30,471 nt of DNA from Macrostomum lignano (lineage: Eukaryota), in assembly GCA_002269645.1 (NCBI GenBank), contig NIVC01000547.1:1-30471 (forward strand), written 5' to 3'. Below are positions 19,223 through 30,471 of the stretch, piece after piece. Within the stretch, counting starts at the first letter, position 1; each line of letters begins with the position of its first letter. A model generated the notes under the pieces. That model was not told the DNA's origin, searched no databases, and saw nothing but the letters and a program-made list of their open reading frames with translations. Made by a program: the position numbers and the translations under genes.

Positions 19223-21131
19223 AATGGATTGCTAATCTAAGAGTATCTCATTCAATGTAGAATCATAATGGATTGCTAATCTAAGAGTATCTCATTCAAT
19301 GTAGAATCATAATGGATTGCTAATCTAAGAGTATCTCATTCAATGTAGAATCATAATGGATTGCTAATCTAAGAGTATCTCATTCAATGTAGAATCATAA
19401 TGGATTGCTAATCTAAGAGTATCTCATTCAATGTAGAATCATAATGGATTGCTAATCTAAGAGTATCTCATTCAATGTAGAATCATAATGGATTGCTAAT
19501 CTAAGAGTATCTCATTCAATGTAGAATCATAATGGATTGCTAATCTAAGAGTATCTCATTCAATTTAGAATCATAATGGATTGCTAATCTAAGAGTATCT
19601 CATTCAATGTAGAATCATAATGGATTGCTAATCTAAGAGTATCTCATTCAATGTAGAATCATAATGGATTGCTAATCTAAGAGTATCTCATTCAATGTAG
19701 AATCATAATGGATTGCTAATCTAAGAGTATCTCATTCAATGTAGAATCATAATGGATTGCTAATCTAAGAGTATCTCATTCAATGTAGAATCATAATGGA
19801 TTGCTAATCTAAGAGTATCTCATTCAATGTAGAATCATAATGGATTGCTAATCTAAGAGTATCTCATTCAATGTAGAATCATAATGGATTGCTAATCTAA
19901 GAGTATCTCATTCAATGTAGAATCATAATGGATTGCTAATCTAAGAGTATCTCATTCAATGTAGAATCATAATGGATTGCTAATCTAAGAGTATCTCATT
20001 CAATGTAGAATCGTACTGGATTGCTAATCTAAGAGTATCTCATTCAATGTAGAATCATAATGGATTGCTAATCTAAGAGTATCTCATTCAATGTAGAATC
20101 GTACTGGATTGCTAATCTAAGAGTATCTCATTCAATGTAGAATCATAATGGATTGCTAATCTAAGAGTATCTCATTCAATGTAGAATCATAATGGATTGC
20201 TAATCTAAGAGTATCTCATTCAATGTAGAATCATAATGGATTGCTAATCTAAGAGTATCTCATTCAATGTAGAATCATAATGGATTGCTAATCTAAGAGT
20301 ATCTCATTCAATGTAGAATCGTACTGGATTGCTAATCTAAGAGTATCTCATTCAATGTAGAATCATAATGGATTGCTAATCTAAGAGTATCTCATTCAAT
20401 GTAGAATCATAATGGATTGCTAATCTAAGAGTATCTCATTCAATGTAGAATCATAATGGATTGCTAATCTAAGAGTATCTCATTCAATGTAGAATCATAA
20501 TGGATTGCTAATCTAAGAGTATCTCATTCAATGTAGAATCATAATGGATTGCTAATCTAAGAGTATCTCATTCAATTTAGAATCATAATGGATTGCTAAT
20601 CTAAGAGTATCTCATTCAATGTAGAATCATAATGGATTGCTAATCTAAGAGTATCTCATTCAATGTAGAATCATAATGGATTGCTAATCTAAGAGTATCT
20701 CATTCAATGTAGAATCATAATGGATTGCTAATCTAAGAGTATCTCATTCAATGTAGAATCATAATGGATTGCTAATCTAAGAGTATCTCATTCAATTTAG
20801 AATCATAATGGATTGCTAATCTAAGAGTATATCATTCAATTTAGAATCATAATGGATTGCTAATCTAAGAGTATCTCATTCAATGTAGAATCATAATGGA
20901 TTGCTAATCTAAGAGTATCTCATTCAATGTAGAATCATAATGGATTGCTAATCTAAGAGTATCTCATTCAATGTAGAATCATAATGGATTGCTAATCTAA
21001 GAGTATCTCATTCAATGTAGAATCATAATGGATTGCTAATCTAAGAGTATCTCATTCAATGTAGAATCATAATGGATTGCTAATCTAAGAGTTTCTCATT
21101 CAATGTAGAATCATAATGGATTGCTAATCTA
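19223..21131. repeat. 44-bp highly homogeneous minisatellite ATGGATTGCTAATCTAAGAGTATCTCATTCAATGTAGAATCATA, ~43 copies
   Basis: Period 44 verified (19223 vs 19267); only a few variant copies. Confidence 0.98.
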
Positions 21132-21465
21132 TTTTACTATTGTATAAATTAATACTATATTCTTAAACTAGTTAAACTATTATTAAACAGTAACTTGTAT
21201 ATTATAAGCACAACAAAATTTTAGTTTTCCTATCTCAAATTATATGCAGCCTCTTTCAAATTTCTTGCTGAAAAATAAACAAATCTGAGCAAACATCACA
21301 TAATTATCTTGGCGATGAGTTTTCTTTCCTAAGCTAGTTTGCTATTAAAAGCAAAGAGAAATGTTTGTACGCACAAGGAAATTTGATATATAGTAGGTCA
21401 AAGTTATTGATAGGACCTAGAATTTCTCTTGTAAAATTTTTGAATACAAACCCTGGTTTGTATTC

Positions 21466-24400
21466 TGTGAATGTCTCTAATTCGGGTGAGTGAATGTCTC
21501 TAATTCTGGTGTGTAAATGTCTCTAATTCGGGTGTGTGAATGTCTCTAATTCTGGTGTGTGAATGTCTCTAATTCGGGTGTGTGAATGTCTCTAATTCGG
21601 GTGAGTGAATGTCTCTAATTCTGGTGTGTAAATGTCTCTAATTCGGGTGTGTGAATGTCTCTAATTCTGGTGTGTGAATGTCTCTAATTCGGGTGTGTGA
21701 ATGTCTCTAATTCGGGTGTGTGAATGTCTCTAATTCTGGTGTGTGAATGTCTCTAATTCTGGTGTGTGAATGTCTCTAATTCGGGTGTGTGAATGTCTCT
21801 AATTCTGGTGTGTGAATGTCTCTAATTCGGGTGTGTGAATGTCTCTAATTCTGGTGTGTGAATGTCTCTAATTCGGGTGTGTGAATGTCTCTAATTCTGG
21901 TGTGTGAATGTCTCTAATTCTGGTGTGTGACCGTCTCTAATTCTGGTGTGTGAATGTCTCTAATTCGGGTGTGTGAATGTCTCTAATTCTGGTGTGTGAA
22001 TGTCTAATTCTGGTGTGTGACCGTCTCTAATTCTGGTGTGTGACCGTCTCTAATTCTGGTGTGTGACCGTCTCTAATTCTGGTGTGTGAATGTCTCTAAT
22101 TCGGGTGTTTCAATGTCTCTAATTCGGGTGTGTGAATGTCTCTAATTCGGGTGTGTGAATGTCTAATTCTGGTGTGTGAATGTCTCTAATTCTGGTGTGT
22201 GAATGTCTCTAATTCGGGTGTGTGAATGTCTAATTCTGGTGTGTGACCGTCTCTAATTCGGGTGTGTGAATGTCTCTAATTCTGGTGTGTGAATGTCTCT
22301 AATTCGGGTGTGTGAATGTCTCTAATTCGGGTGTGTGAATGTCTCTAATTCGGGTGTGTGAATGTCTCTAATTCGGGTGTGTGAATGTCTAATTCTGGTG
22401 TGTGAATGTCTCTAATTCTGGTGTGTGAATGTCTCTAATTCGGGTGTGTGAATGTCTAATTCTGGTGTGTGAATGTCTCTAATTCTGGTGTGTGAATGTC
22501 TCTAATTCGGGTGTGTGAATGTCTCTAATTCTGGTGTGTGAATGTCACTAATTCTGGTGTGTGAATGTCTCTAATTCAGGTGTGTGAATGTCTCTAATTC
22601 AGGTGTGTGAATGTCTCTAATTCTGGTGTGTGAATGTCTCTAATTCTGGTGTGTGAATGTCTCTAATTCGGGTGTGTGACCGTCTCTAATTCTGGTGTGT
22701 GACCGTCTCTAATTCTGGTGTGTGACCGTCTCTAATTCTGGTGTGTGAATGTCTCTAATTCTGGTGTGTGAATGTCTCTAATTCGGGTGTGTGAATGTCT
22801 AATTCTGGTGTGTGAATGTCTCTAATTCGGGTGTGTGAATGTCTCTAATTCGGGTGTGTGAATGTCTCTAATTCTGGTGTGTGAATGTCTCTAATTCGGG
22901 TGTGTGAATGTCTCTAATTCTGGTGTGTGAATGTCTCTAATTCGGGTGTGTGAATGTCTCTAATTCGGGTGTGTGAATGTCTCTAATTCTGGTGTGTGAA
23001 TGTCTCTAATTCTGGTGTGTGAATGTCTCTAATTCGGGTGTGTGAATGTCTCTAATTCTGGTGTGTGAATGTCTCTAATTCGGGTGTGTGAATGTCTCTA
23101 ATTCTGGTGTGTGAATGTCTCTAATTCGGGTGTGTGAATGTCTCTAATTCTGGTGTGTGAATGTCTCTAATTCTGGTGTGTGACCGTCTCTAATTCTGGT
23201 GTGTGAATGTCTCTAATTCGGGTGTGTGAATGTCTCTAATTCTGGTGTGTGAATGTCTAATTCTGGTGTGTGACCGTCTCTAATTCTGGTGTGTGACCGT
23301 CTCTAATTCTGGTGTGTGACCGTCTCTAATTCTGGTGTGTGAATGTCTCTAATTCGGGTGTTTCAATGTCTCTAATTCGGGTGTGTGAATGTCTCTAATT
23401 CGGGTGTGTGAATGTCTAATTCTGGTGTGTGAATGTCTCTAATTCTGGTGTGTGAATGTCTCTAATTCGGGTGTGTGAATGTCTAATTCTGGTGTGTGAC
23501 CGTCTCTAATTCGGGTGTGTGAATGTCTCTAATTCTGGTGTGTGAATGTCTCTAATTCGGGTGTGTGAATGTCTCTAATTCGGGTGTGTGAATGTCTCTA
23601 ATTCGGGTGTGTGAATGTCTCTAATTCGGGTGTGTGAATGTCTAATTCTGGTGTGTGAATGTCTCTAATTCTGGTGTGTGAATGTCTCTAATTCGGGTGT
23701 GTGAATGTCTAATTCTGGTGTGTGAATGTCTCTAATTCTGGTGTGTGAATGTCTCTAATTCGGGTGTGTGAATGTCTCTAATTCTGGTGTGTGAATGTCA
23801 CTAATTCTGGTGTGTGAATGTCTCTAATTCAGGTGTGTGAATGTCTCTAATTCAGGTGTGTGAATGTCTCTAATTCTGGTGTGTGAATGTCTCTAATTCT
23901 GGTGTGTGAATGTCTCTAATTCGGGTGTGTGACCGTCTCTAATTCTGGTGTGTGACCGTCTCTAATTCTGGTGTGTGACCGTCTCTAATTCTGGTGTGTG
24001 AATGTCTCTAATTCTGGTGTGTGAATGTCTCTAATTCGGGTGTGTGAATGTCTAATTCTGGTGTGTGAATGTCTCTAATTCGGGTGTGTGAATGTCTCTA
24101 ATTCGGGTGTGTGAATGTCTCTAATTCTGGTGTGTGAATGTCTCTAATTCTGGTGTGTGAATGTCTCTAATTCGGGTGTGTGAATGTCTAATTCTGGTGT
24201 GTGACCGTCTCTAATTCGGGTGTGTGAATGTCTCTAATTCTGGTGTGTGAATGTCTCTAATTCGGGTGTGTGAATGTCTAATTCTGGTGTGTGAATGTCT
24301 CTAATTCGGGTGTGTGAATGTCTCTAATTCGGGTGTGTGAATGTCTAATTCTGGTGTGTGAATGTCTCTAATTCGGGTGTGTGAATTTCTAATTCTGGTG

Positions 24401-24947
24401 TGTGAATGTCTCTAATTCTGGTGTGTGAATGTCTCTAATTCGGGTGTGTGAATGTCTAATTCTGGTGTGTGAATGTCTCTAATTCTGGTGTGTGAATGTC
24501 TCTAATTCGGGTGTGTGAATGTCTAATTCTGGTGTGTGACCGTCTCTAATTCGGGTGTGTGAATGTCTCTAATTCTGGTGTGTGAATGTCTCTAATTCGG
24601 GTGTGTGAATGTCTCTAATTCGGGTGTGTGAATGTCTAATTCGGGTGTGTGAATGTCTCTAATTCTGGTGTGTGACCGTCTCTAATTCGGGTTTGTGACC
24701 GTCTCTAATTCGTGTTTGTGACCGTCTCTAATTCGAGTTTGTAACCGTCTCTAATTCTGGTTTGTGACCGTCTCTAATTCTGGTTTGTGACCGTCTGTAA
24801 TTCGGGTGTGTAAATGAATTTAATTCAACTGTGTGAATGTCTAACTCGGGTGTGTGAATGTCTCTAATTCGGGTGTGTGACCGTCTCTAATTCGCGTGTG
24901 TGAATGTCTCTAATTCTGATGTGTGAATGTCTCTTATTTGGGTGTGA
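21466..24947. repeat. 23-bp minisatellite GTGTGTGAATGTCTCTAATTC(T/G)G, ~150 copies
   Basis: Period 23 verified (21481 vs 21504); recurring 21-bp deletion variants and GACCGTC variants. Confidence 0.98.
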
Positions 24948-25376
24948 GAATAGCGCAAGAACTTCACACTGAGAGCGCTCTCGGAACGGAATCAAGTGCA
25001 GTATTTTCTGCTAACAGAAACCGAGTGGCAAAAGTGCAGTCACAATTAACACTAGTCACTAACCAAGTCCCACCCTGAGGGCAGCAGATCACGGGTTGCA
25101 CCTGGTTGAGACTGTTCTCAGCACCCGAACTGAGCAGGCTAGGACTTTCGGAGGCACAATACTGAGCAGCAGATGCTGATTACGCACGAATGTGCAACGA
25201 AGGGAGAAGAGGATTTTTTCAACACCTGATCAGAATTTTTGTATATATGAGGGGGGTTAGGATTGGGGGTTCGATAGGAAGCCAGTGCTGCTTGGATACT
25301 CTCTGGGGACTTCAGAGGGAACAGATTCCTTCACGAGTAGAGTTGTCTTACTAGCACCTCCAGACACTCGAGTAGT

Positions 25377-26332
25377 CAGAGAGTGATAGAGAGTGACAGT
25401 GTGACAGAGAGAGTGACAATGAGAGAGTGACAGTGAGAGAGTGACAGTAAGAGCGACAGTGAGAGAAAGACAGTGAGAGAGTGACAGTAAGAGCGACAGT
25501 GAGAGAGTGACAGTGAGAGAGTGACAGTGAGAGAGTGACAGTGAGAGTGACAGTGAGAGAGGGACAGTGAGAGAGTTGCAGTTAGAGAGTGACAGTTAGA
25601 GAGTGACAATGAGAGAGGGACAGTGAGAGAGTGACAGTGAGAGAGTTGCAGTTAGAGAGTGACAGTGAGAGAGTTGCAGTTAGAGAGTGGCAGTTAGAGA
25701 GTGACAGTGAGAGAGGGACAGTGAGAGAGGGACAGTGAGAGAGTGACAGTGAGAGAGTGACAGTGAGAGAGTTGCAGTTAGAGAGTGGCAGTTAGAGAGT
25801 GACAGTGAGAGAGGGACAGTGAGAGAGGGACAGTGAGAGAGTGTTAGTAAGAGCGACAGTGAGAGAGTGACAGTGAGAGAGTGGCAGTGAGAGAGTGGCA
25901 GTGAGAGAGTGGCAGTGACAGAGTGACAGTGAGAGAGTGACAGTGAGAGAGTGACAGTGAGAGAGTGGCAGTGAGAGAGTGACAGTGAGAGAGTGGCAGT
26001 GAGAGAGTGACAGTGAGAGAGTGGCAATTAGAGAGTGGCAGTGAGAGAGTGACAGTGAGAGAGTGACAGTCAGAGAGTGACAGTGAGAGAGTGTTAGTAA
26101 GAGCGACAGTGAGAGAGTGAAAGTTAGAGAGGGACAGTGAGAGTGACAGTCAGAGAGTGACAGTGAGAGAGTGACAGTGAGAGAGTGTTAGTAAGAGCGA
26201 TAGTGAGAGAGTGACAGTGAGAGAGTGGCAGTGAGAGAGTGACAGTGAGAGAGTGACAGTGAGAGTGACTGATAGAATGACAGTTAGAGAGTGACGGTGA
26301 GAGTGACAGTTAGAGAGTGACAGTGAAAGAGT
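25377..26332. repeat. 14-bp minisatellite GAGAGAGTGACAGT, ~68 copies
   Basis: Direct reading; source of the spurious SLSHCH-type ORFs. Confidence 0.96.
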
Positions 26333-26782
26333 TACGCATCCGAAGTTAGTGAGAATGTGAATTTTCGTTCCATTTTTTAGCTTCCATATTGACGCAGCGC
26401 CGGATCTCAGTAATCCGAACCAGAGTCGTTTAAGTTCCTAATTCGGCTGTTCTTATGGCCGTCCTGTCACTCTTAACGCCTTCCTTTCCTTATGGCAACG
26501 GGATACTTTTGATTCTTTGCTGCTCTTTGAAGCCAAGTCTTTGGAAAGCTGATAACAGGTGCCAACAAAGCAAATCAGGGGGGGGGGGCATCTCTAGCAA
26601 AATTAATTAGTTAGTTGCCGGAAGGAGGTGCGAGCTAAAAAGCAGGAGAAAGATGAAAGAACGTGTTATACAACAGGGACTTGAGGTGGAATTGATTGAA
26701 GTGAAAATTCAACTACAGTTCAGGCAGAGGGCCAAGTGACAGAGACAGGCGAATGAGCTGTGATAAGAAAAGAGCAGGGAAT

Positions 26783-27676
26783 GGAACTCAGAGAGAGGGG
26801 GGAGAAAGGAGGATGAAGAAGAAAGGAGGGGGGAAAGTAGAAGAGGGAGAGGAGAAGAGGGAGAGGAGAGGAGAAGAGGGAGGGAGAGGAGAAGAGGGAG
26901 AGGAGAGGAGAAGAGGGAGAGGAGAGGAGAAGAGGGAGAGGAGAGGAGAAGAGGGAGAGGAGAGGAGAAGAGGGAGGGAGAGGAGAAGAGGGAGGGAGAG
27001 GAGAAGAGGGAGGGAGAGGAGAAGAGGGAGAGGAGAAGAGGGAGGGAGAGGAGAAGAGGGAGGGAGAGGAGAAGAGGGAGAGGAGAAGAGGGAGAGGAGA
27101 GTAGAAGAGGGAGGGAGAGTAGAAGAGGGAGAGGAGAAGAGGGAGGGAGAGGAGAAGAGGGAGAGGAGAGTAGAAGAGGGAGGGAGAGGAGAAGAGGGAG
27201 AGGAGAAGAGGGAGGGAGAGGAGAAGAGGGAGGGAGAGGAGAAGAGGGAGAGGAGAAGAGGGAGGGAGAGGAGAAGAGGGAGGGAGAGGAGAAGAGGGAG
27301 AGGAGAAGAGGGAGAGGAGAGTAGAAGAGGGAGGGAGAGTAGAAGAGGGAGGGAGAGGAGAAGAGGGAGGGAGAGGAGAAGGAGAGGGAGAGGAGAAGAG
27401 GGAGGGAGAGGAGAAGAGGGAGGGAGAGGAGAAGAGGGAGGGAGAGGAGAAGAGGGAGAGGAGAGGAGAAGAGGGAGGGAGAGTAGAAGAGGGAGAGGAG
27501 AAGAGGGAGGGAGAGGAGAAGAGGGAGGGGGAGGAGAAGAGAGAGGGAGAGGAGAAGAGGGAGGGGGAGGAGAAGAGGGAGGGAGAGGAGAAGAGAGAGG
27601 GAGAGGAGAAGAGGGAGGAGGAGGAGAAGAGAGAGGGAGAGGAGAAGAGGGAGGGAGAGGAGAAGAGGGAGGGAGA
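26783..27676. repeat. Polypurine repeat, ~14/18-bp units (GAGAGGAGAAGAGG[GAGG])
   Basis: Almost purely G/A; source of the spurious 317-aa ORF. Confidence 0.96.
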
Positions 27677-27769
27677 GGTCAGGTGGATATGATGAGGAGG
27701 AGCTAAAAGAGAAAGGCTAAGCTAAAATAGCAGTAAAGATTAGCGAGATTAAGATCGACTTAAAAGGTC

Positions 27770-27860
27770 GCCGCCAATGTGCGATGAGCACTCGATCCCA
27801 ACGAGTGCAGCTCCCCCGCGGCGCCTGAAGTGTCCGTAAGCATGTCGAAGCACTGGGGGG
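27770..27860 (-). mobile_element. Diverged fragment related to the 3' body of the SINE at 12205-12541
   Basis: Ordered shared motifs ATGTGC, GCAGCT, CGCGGCGC, CTGAAG, CGTA and AAGCACTGGGGG occur at both 12258-12350 and 27776-27859. Confidence 0.5.
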
Positions 27861-28269
27861 TGTCAAGCAGTCATTGATTGACAGCCTAAAATTAGCAGCC
27901 ACCGCTCCAAGAGCTAAACTGCTTCGTGCCCTGACTAACTTTAATCTCGATCGATGTATAACTATTGAGTAATCGACCAGGGGCCGGAGCCTGATCTCCT
28001 ACTCAAGCCCTAGGAACCGATAAAGCCCAAACTGCATACACAGCGCAGTAGAGTAGTATGGTATGATAAACATTATGTAATAAATATTTTCTAGGCTCTC
28101 TGTTAGTGATAATCTGGATTAAGTGATGACTTAAAAAGCTGATTAAGTCATTCATCTGCAACAGTTTCCTTCAAGGCCTTTAATAACATATAGCGGTAGC
28201 CGGTATACACAGAAGATATTTTTGCGACTTGAGTTTATGGATTTTAATTCCTTCCAATCCCTTCCAATC

Positions 28270-30471
28270 TACTCTCTCTTCTCGCTCCCCTATCCTCTCC
28301 TCCCGTCCTCTCTCCTGTCCTCTCCCTCCCGTCCTCTCCCTCCCGTCCTCTCTCCTGGCCTCTCCCTCCCGTCCTCTCTCCTGTCCTCTCCCTCCCGTCC
28401 TCTCCCTCCCCTCCTCCTCTCTCCTGGCCTCTCCTCTCCCTCTCTCTCCTGTCCTCTCCCTCCGTCCTCTCCTCCCGTCCTCTCTTCCTGTCCTCTCCCT
28501 CCCGTCCTCTCTCCTGTCCTCTCCTCCGTCCTCTCCCTCCCGTCCTCTCTCCTGTCTCTCCCTCCCGTCCTCTCTCCTGTCCTCTCCCTCCCGTCCTCTC
28601 TCCTGTCCTCTCCCTCCCGTTCTCTCTCCGTCCTCTCCCTCCCGTCCTCTCTCCTGTCCTCCCTCCCGTCCTCTCTCCTGTCCTCTCCTCCCGTCCTCTT
28701 CTCCTGTCCTCTCCTCCCGTCCTCTCTTCCTCCCGTCCTCTCTCCTGGTCCTTCTCCCTCCCGTCCTCTCTCCCTGTCCTCTCCTCCGTCCTCTCTCCTG
28801 TCCTCTCCCTCCCGTCCTCTCTCCTGTCCTCTCCCTCCCGTCCTCTCCCTCCCGTCCTCTCTCCTGTCCTCTCCCTCCCGTCCTCTCTCCTGTCCTCTCC
28901 CTCCTCGTCTCTCTCCTGTCCTCTCCCCTCCCGTCCCTCTCTCCTGTCCTCTCCCTCCCGTCCTCTCTCCTGTCCTCTCCCTCCCGTCCTCTCTCCTGTC
29001 CTCTCCCTCCCGTCCTCTCTCCTGTCCTCTCCCTCCCGTCCTCTCTCCTGTCCTCTCCCTCCCGTCCTCTCTCCTGTCCTCTCCTCCCGTCTCTTCTCCT
29101 GTCCTCTCCCTCCCGTCCTCTCTCCTGTCCTCTCCCTCCCGTCCTCTCTCCTGTCCTCTTCCCTCCGTCCTCTCCTGTCCTCTCCCTCCCGTCCTCTCTC
29201 CTGTCCTCTCCCTCCCGTCCTCTCTCCTGTCCTTCTCCTCCCTTCCTCTCTCTCTTTCCTCCCCTCCGTCCTCTCTCCTGTCTCTCCCTCCTGTCCTCTC
29301 TCCTGTCCTCTCCCTCCCGTCCTCTCTCCTGTCCTCTCCCTCCCGTCCTCTCTCCTGTCCTCTCCCTCCTGTCCTCTCTCCTGTCCTCTCCCTCCCGTCC
29401 TCTCTCTTGTCCTTTTTCCTCCCTGTCCTCTCTCCTCCTGTCCTCCTCCTCCCGTCCTCTCTCCTGTCCTCTCCTCTCCCTCCGTCTCTTCTCTGTCCTC
29501 TCCCTCCCGTCCTCTCTCCTGTCCTCTCCCTCCCGTCCTCTTCTCTGTCCTCTCCCTTCCCGTCCTCTCTCCTGTCCTCTCCCTCCCGTCCTCTCTCCTG
29601 TCCTCTCCCTCCCGTCCTCTCTCCTGTCCTCTCCCTCCCGTCCTCTCCCTGTCCTCTCCCTCCCGTCCTCTCTCCTGTCCTCTCCCTCCCGTCCTCTCTC
29701 CTGGCCTCTCCCTCCGTCCTCTCTCCTGGCCTCTCCCTCCCGTCCTCTCTCCTGTCCTCTTCTTGTCCTTTCCTCCTGTTCCTCTCCCTCCTGTCCTCTC
29801 CCGTCCTCTCTCCTGTCCTCTCCCTCCCGTCCTCTCTCCTGTCCTCCCCCTCCCGTCCTCTCTCCTGTCCTCTCCCTCCCGTCCTCTCTCCTGTCCTCTC
29901 CCTCCCGTCCTCTCTCCTGTCCTCTCCTCTCCCCTCCTCTCTCCTGTCCTCTCCCTCCCGTCCTCTCTCCTTGTCTCTCCTTTTCCCGTCCTCTCTCCTG
30001 TCCTCTCTCCTCCCGTCCTCTCTCCTGTCCTCTCCTCCCGTCCTCTCTCCTGTCCTCTCCCTCCCGTCCTCTCTCCTGTCCTCTCCCTCCCGTCTCTCTC
30101 TCTGTCCTCTCTCTCCCGTCCTCTCTCCTGTCCTCTTCCCTCCCGTCCTCTCTTCCTGTCCTCTCCCTCCCGTCCTCTCTCCTGCCTCTCCTCCCGTCCT
30201 CTCTCCTGGCCTTCTCTCCTCGTCCTCTCTCCTGGCTCTCTCCTCCCGTCCTCTCTCCTGGCCTCTCCTCCTGTCCTCTCCCTCCTGGCTTCTCCCTCCT
30301 GTCCTCTCTCCCTCCCGTCCTTTCTCCTATCTCTCCTCCCGTCCTCTCTCCTGTCCTCTCCCCCTGTCCTCTCCCTCCTGGCCTCTTCCCTTCCGTCCTC
30401 TCTCCCGCTCCTCTCCCTCCCGTCCTCTCTCCTTGCCTCTCCCTCCCGTCCTCTACTCCTGTCCTCTCCCT
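28270..30471. repeat. Polypyrimidine minisatellite, ~26-bp unit CCCTCCCGTCCTCTCTCCTGTCCTCT, running off the window end
   Basis: Direct reading; scattered indels; the reverse complement resembles the array at 1-2100. Confidence 0.97.

Noticed and set aside
25376-26027. Ser/Leu/His/Cys-repeat ORFs
   Set aside because: Translation of the 14-bp minisatellite
26753-27706. 317-aa Glu/Arg/Gly-rich ORF (and the 66-aa ORF at 2-202)
   Set aside because: Translation of a polypurine repeat; lack of T prevents stop codons; no splice or domain support

Overview
Eukaryotic (animal, probably invertebrate) genomic DNA. About 60% of it, by my coordinate sums, is a patchwork of about 17 tandem-repeat arrays (periods 4-44 bp) separated by short unique islands. 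Two minus-strand genes can be supported. (1) A compact two-coding-exon neuropeptide precursor (15481-15422 + 15332-14610, about 260 aa) with a signal peptide, dibasic cleavage sites and G-K-K amidation signals. It is predicted to release xGSAM(R/K)(F/L)R-type peptides plus a second Trp-rich peptide type, and I do not recognise the family. The ORF track misses its signal-peptide exon. (2) The first coding exon (4752-4145) of a Rab-effector-like gene ending in a Rab-binding helix of the RIM/rabphilin/Slp type. Also present: a tRNA-headed CORE-type SINE, a related SINE fragment and a frameshifted 3' fragment of a non-LTR retrotransposon. Most long ORFs in the track are repeat artefacts. The overall style (GC-rich low-complexity exons among minisatellites) reminds me of free-living flatworms such as Macrostomum, but that is unverified inference.
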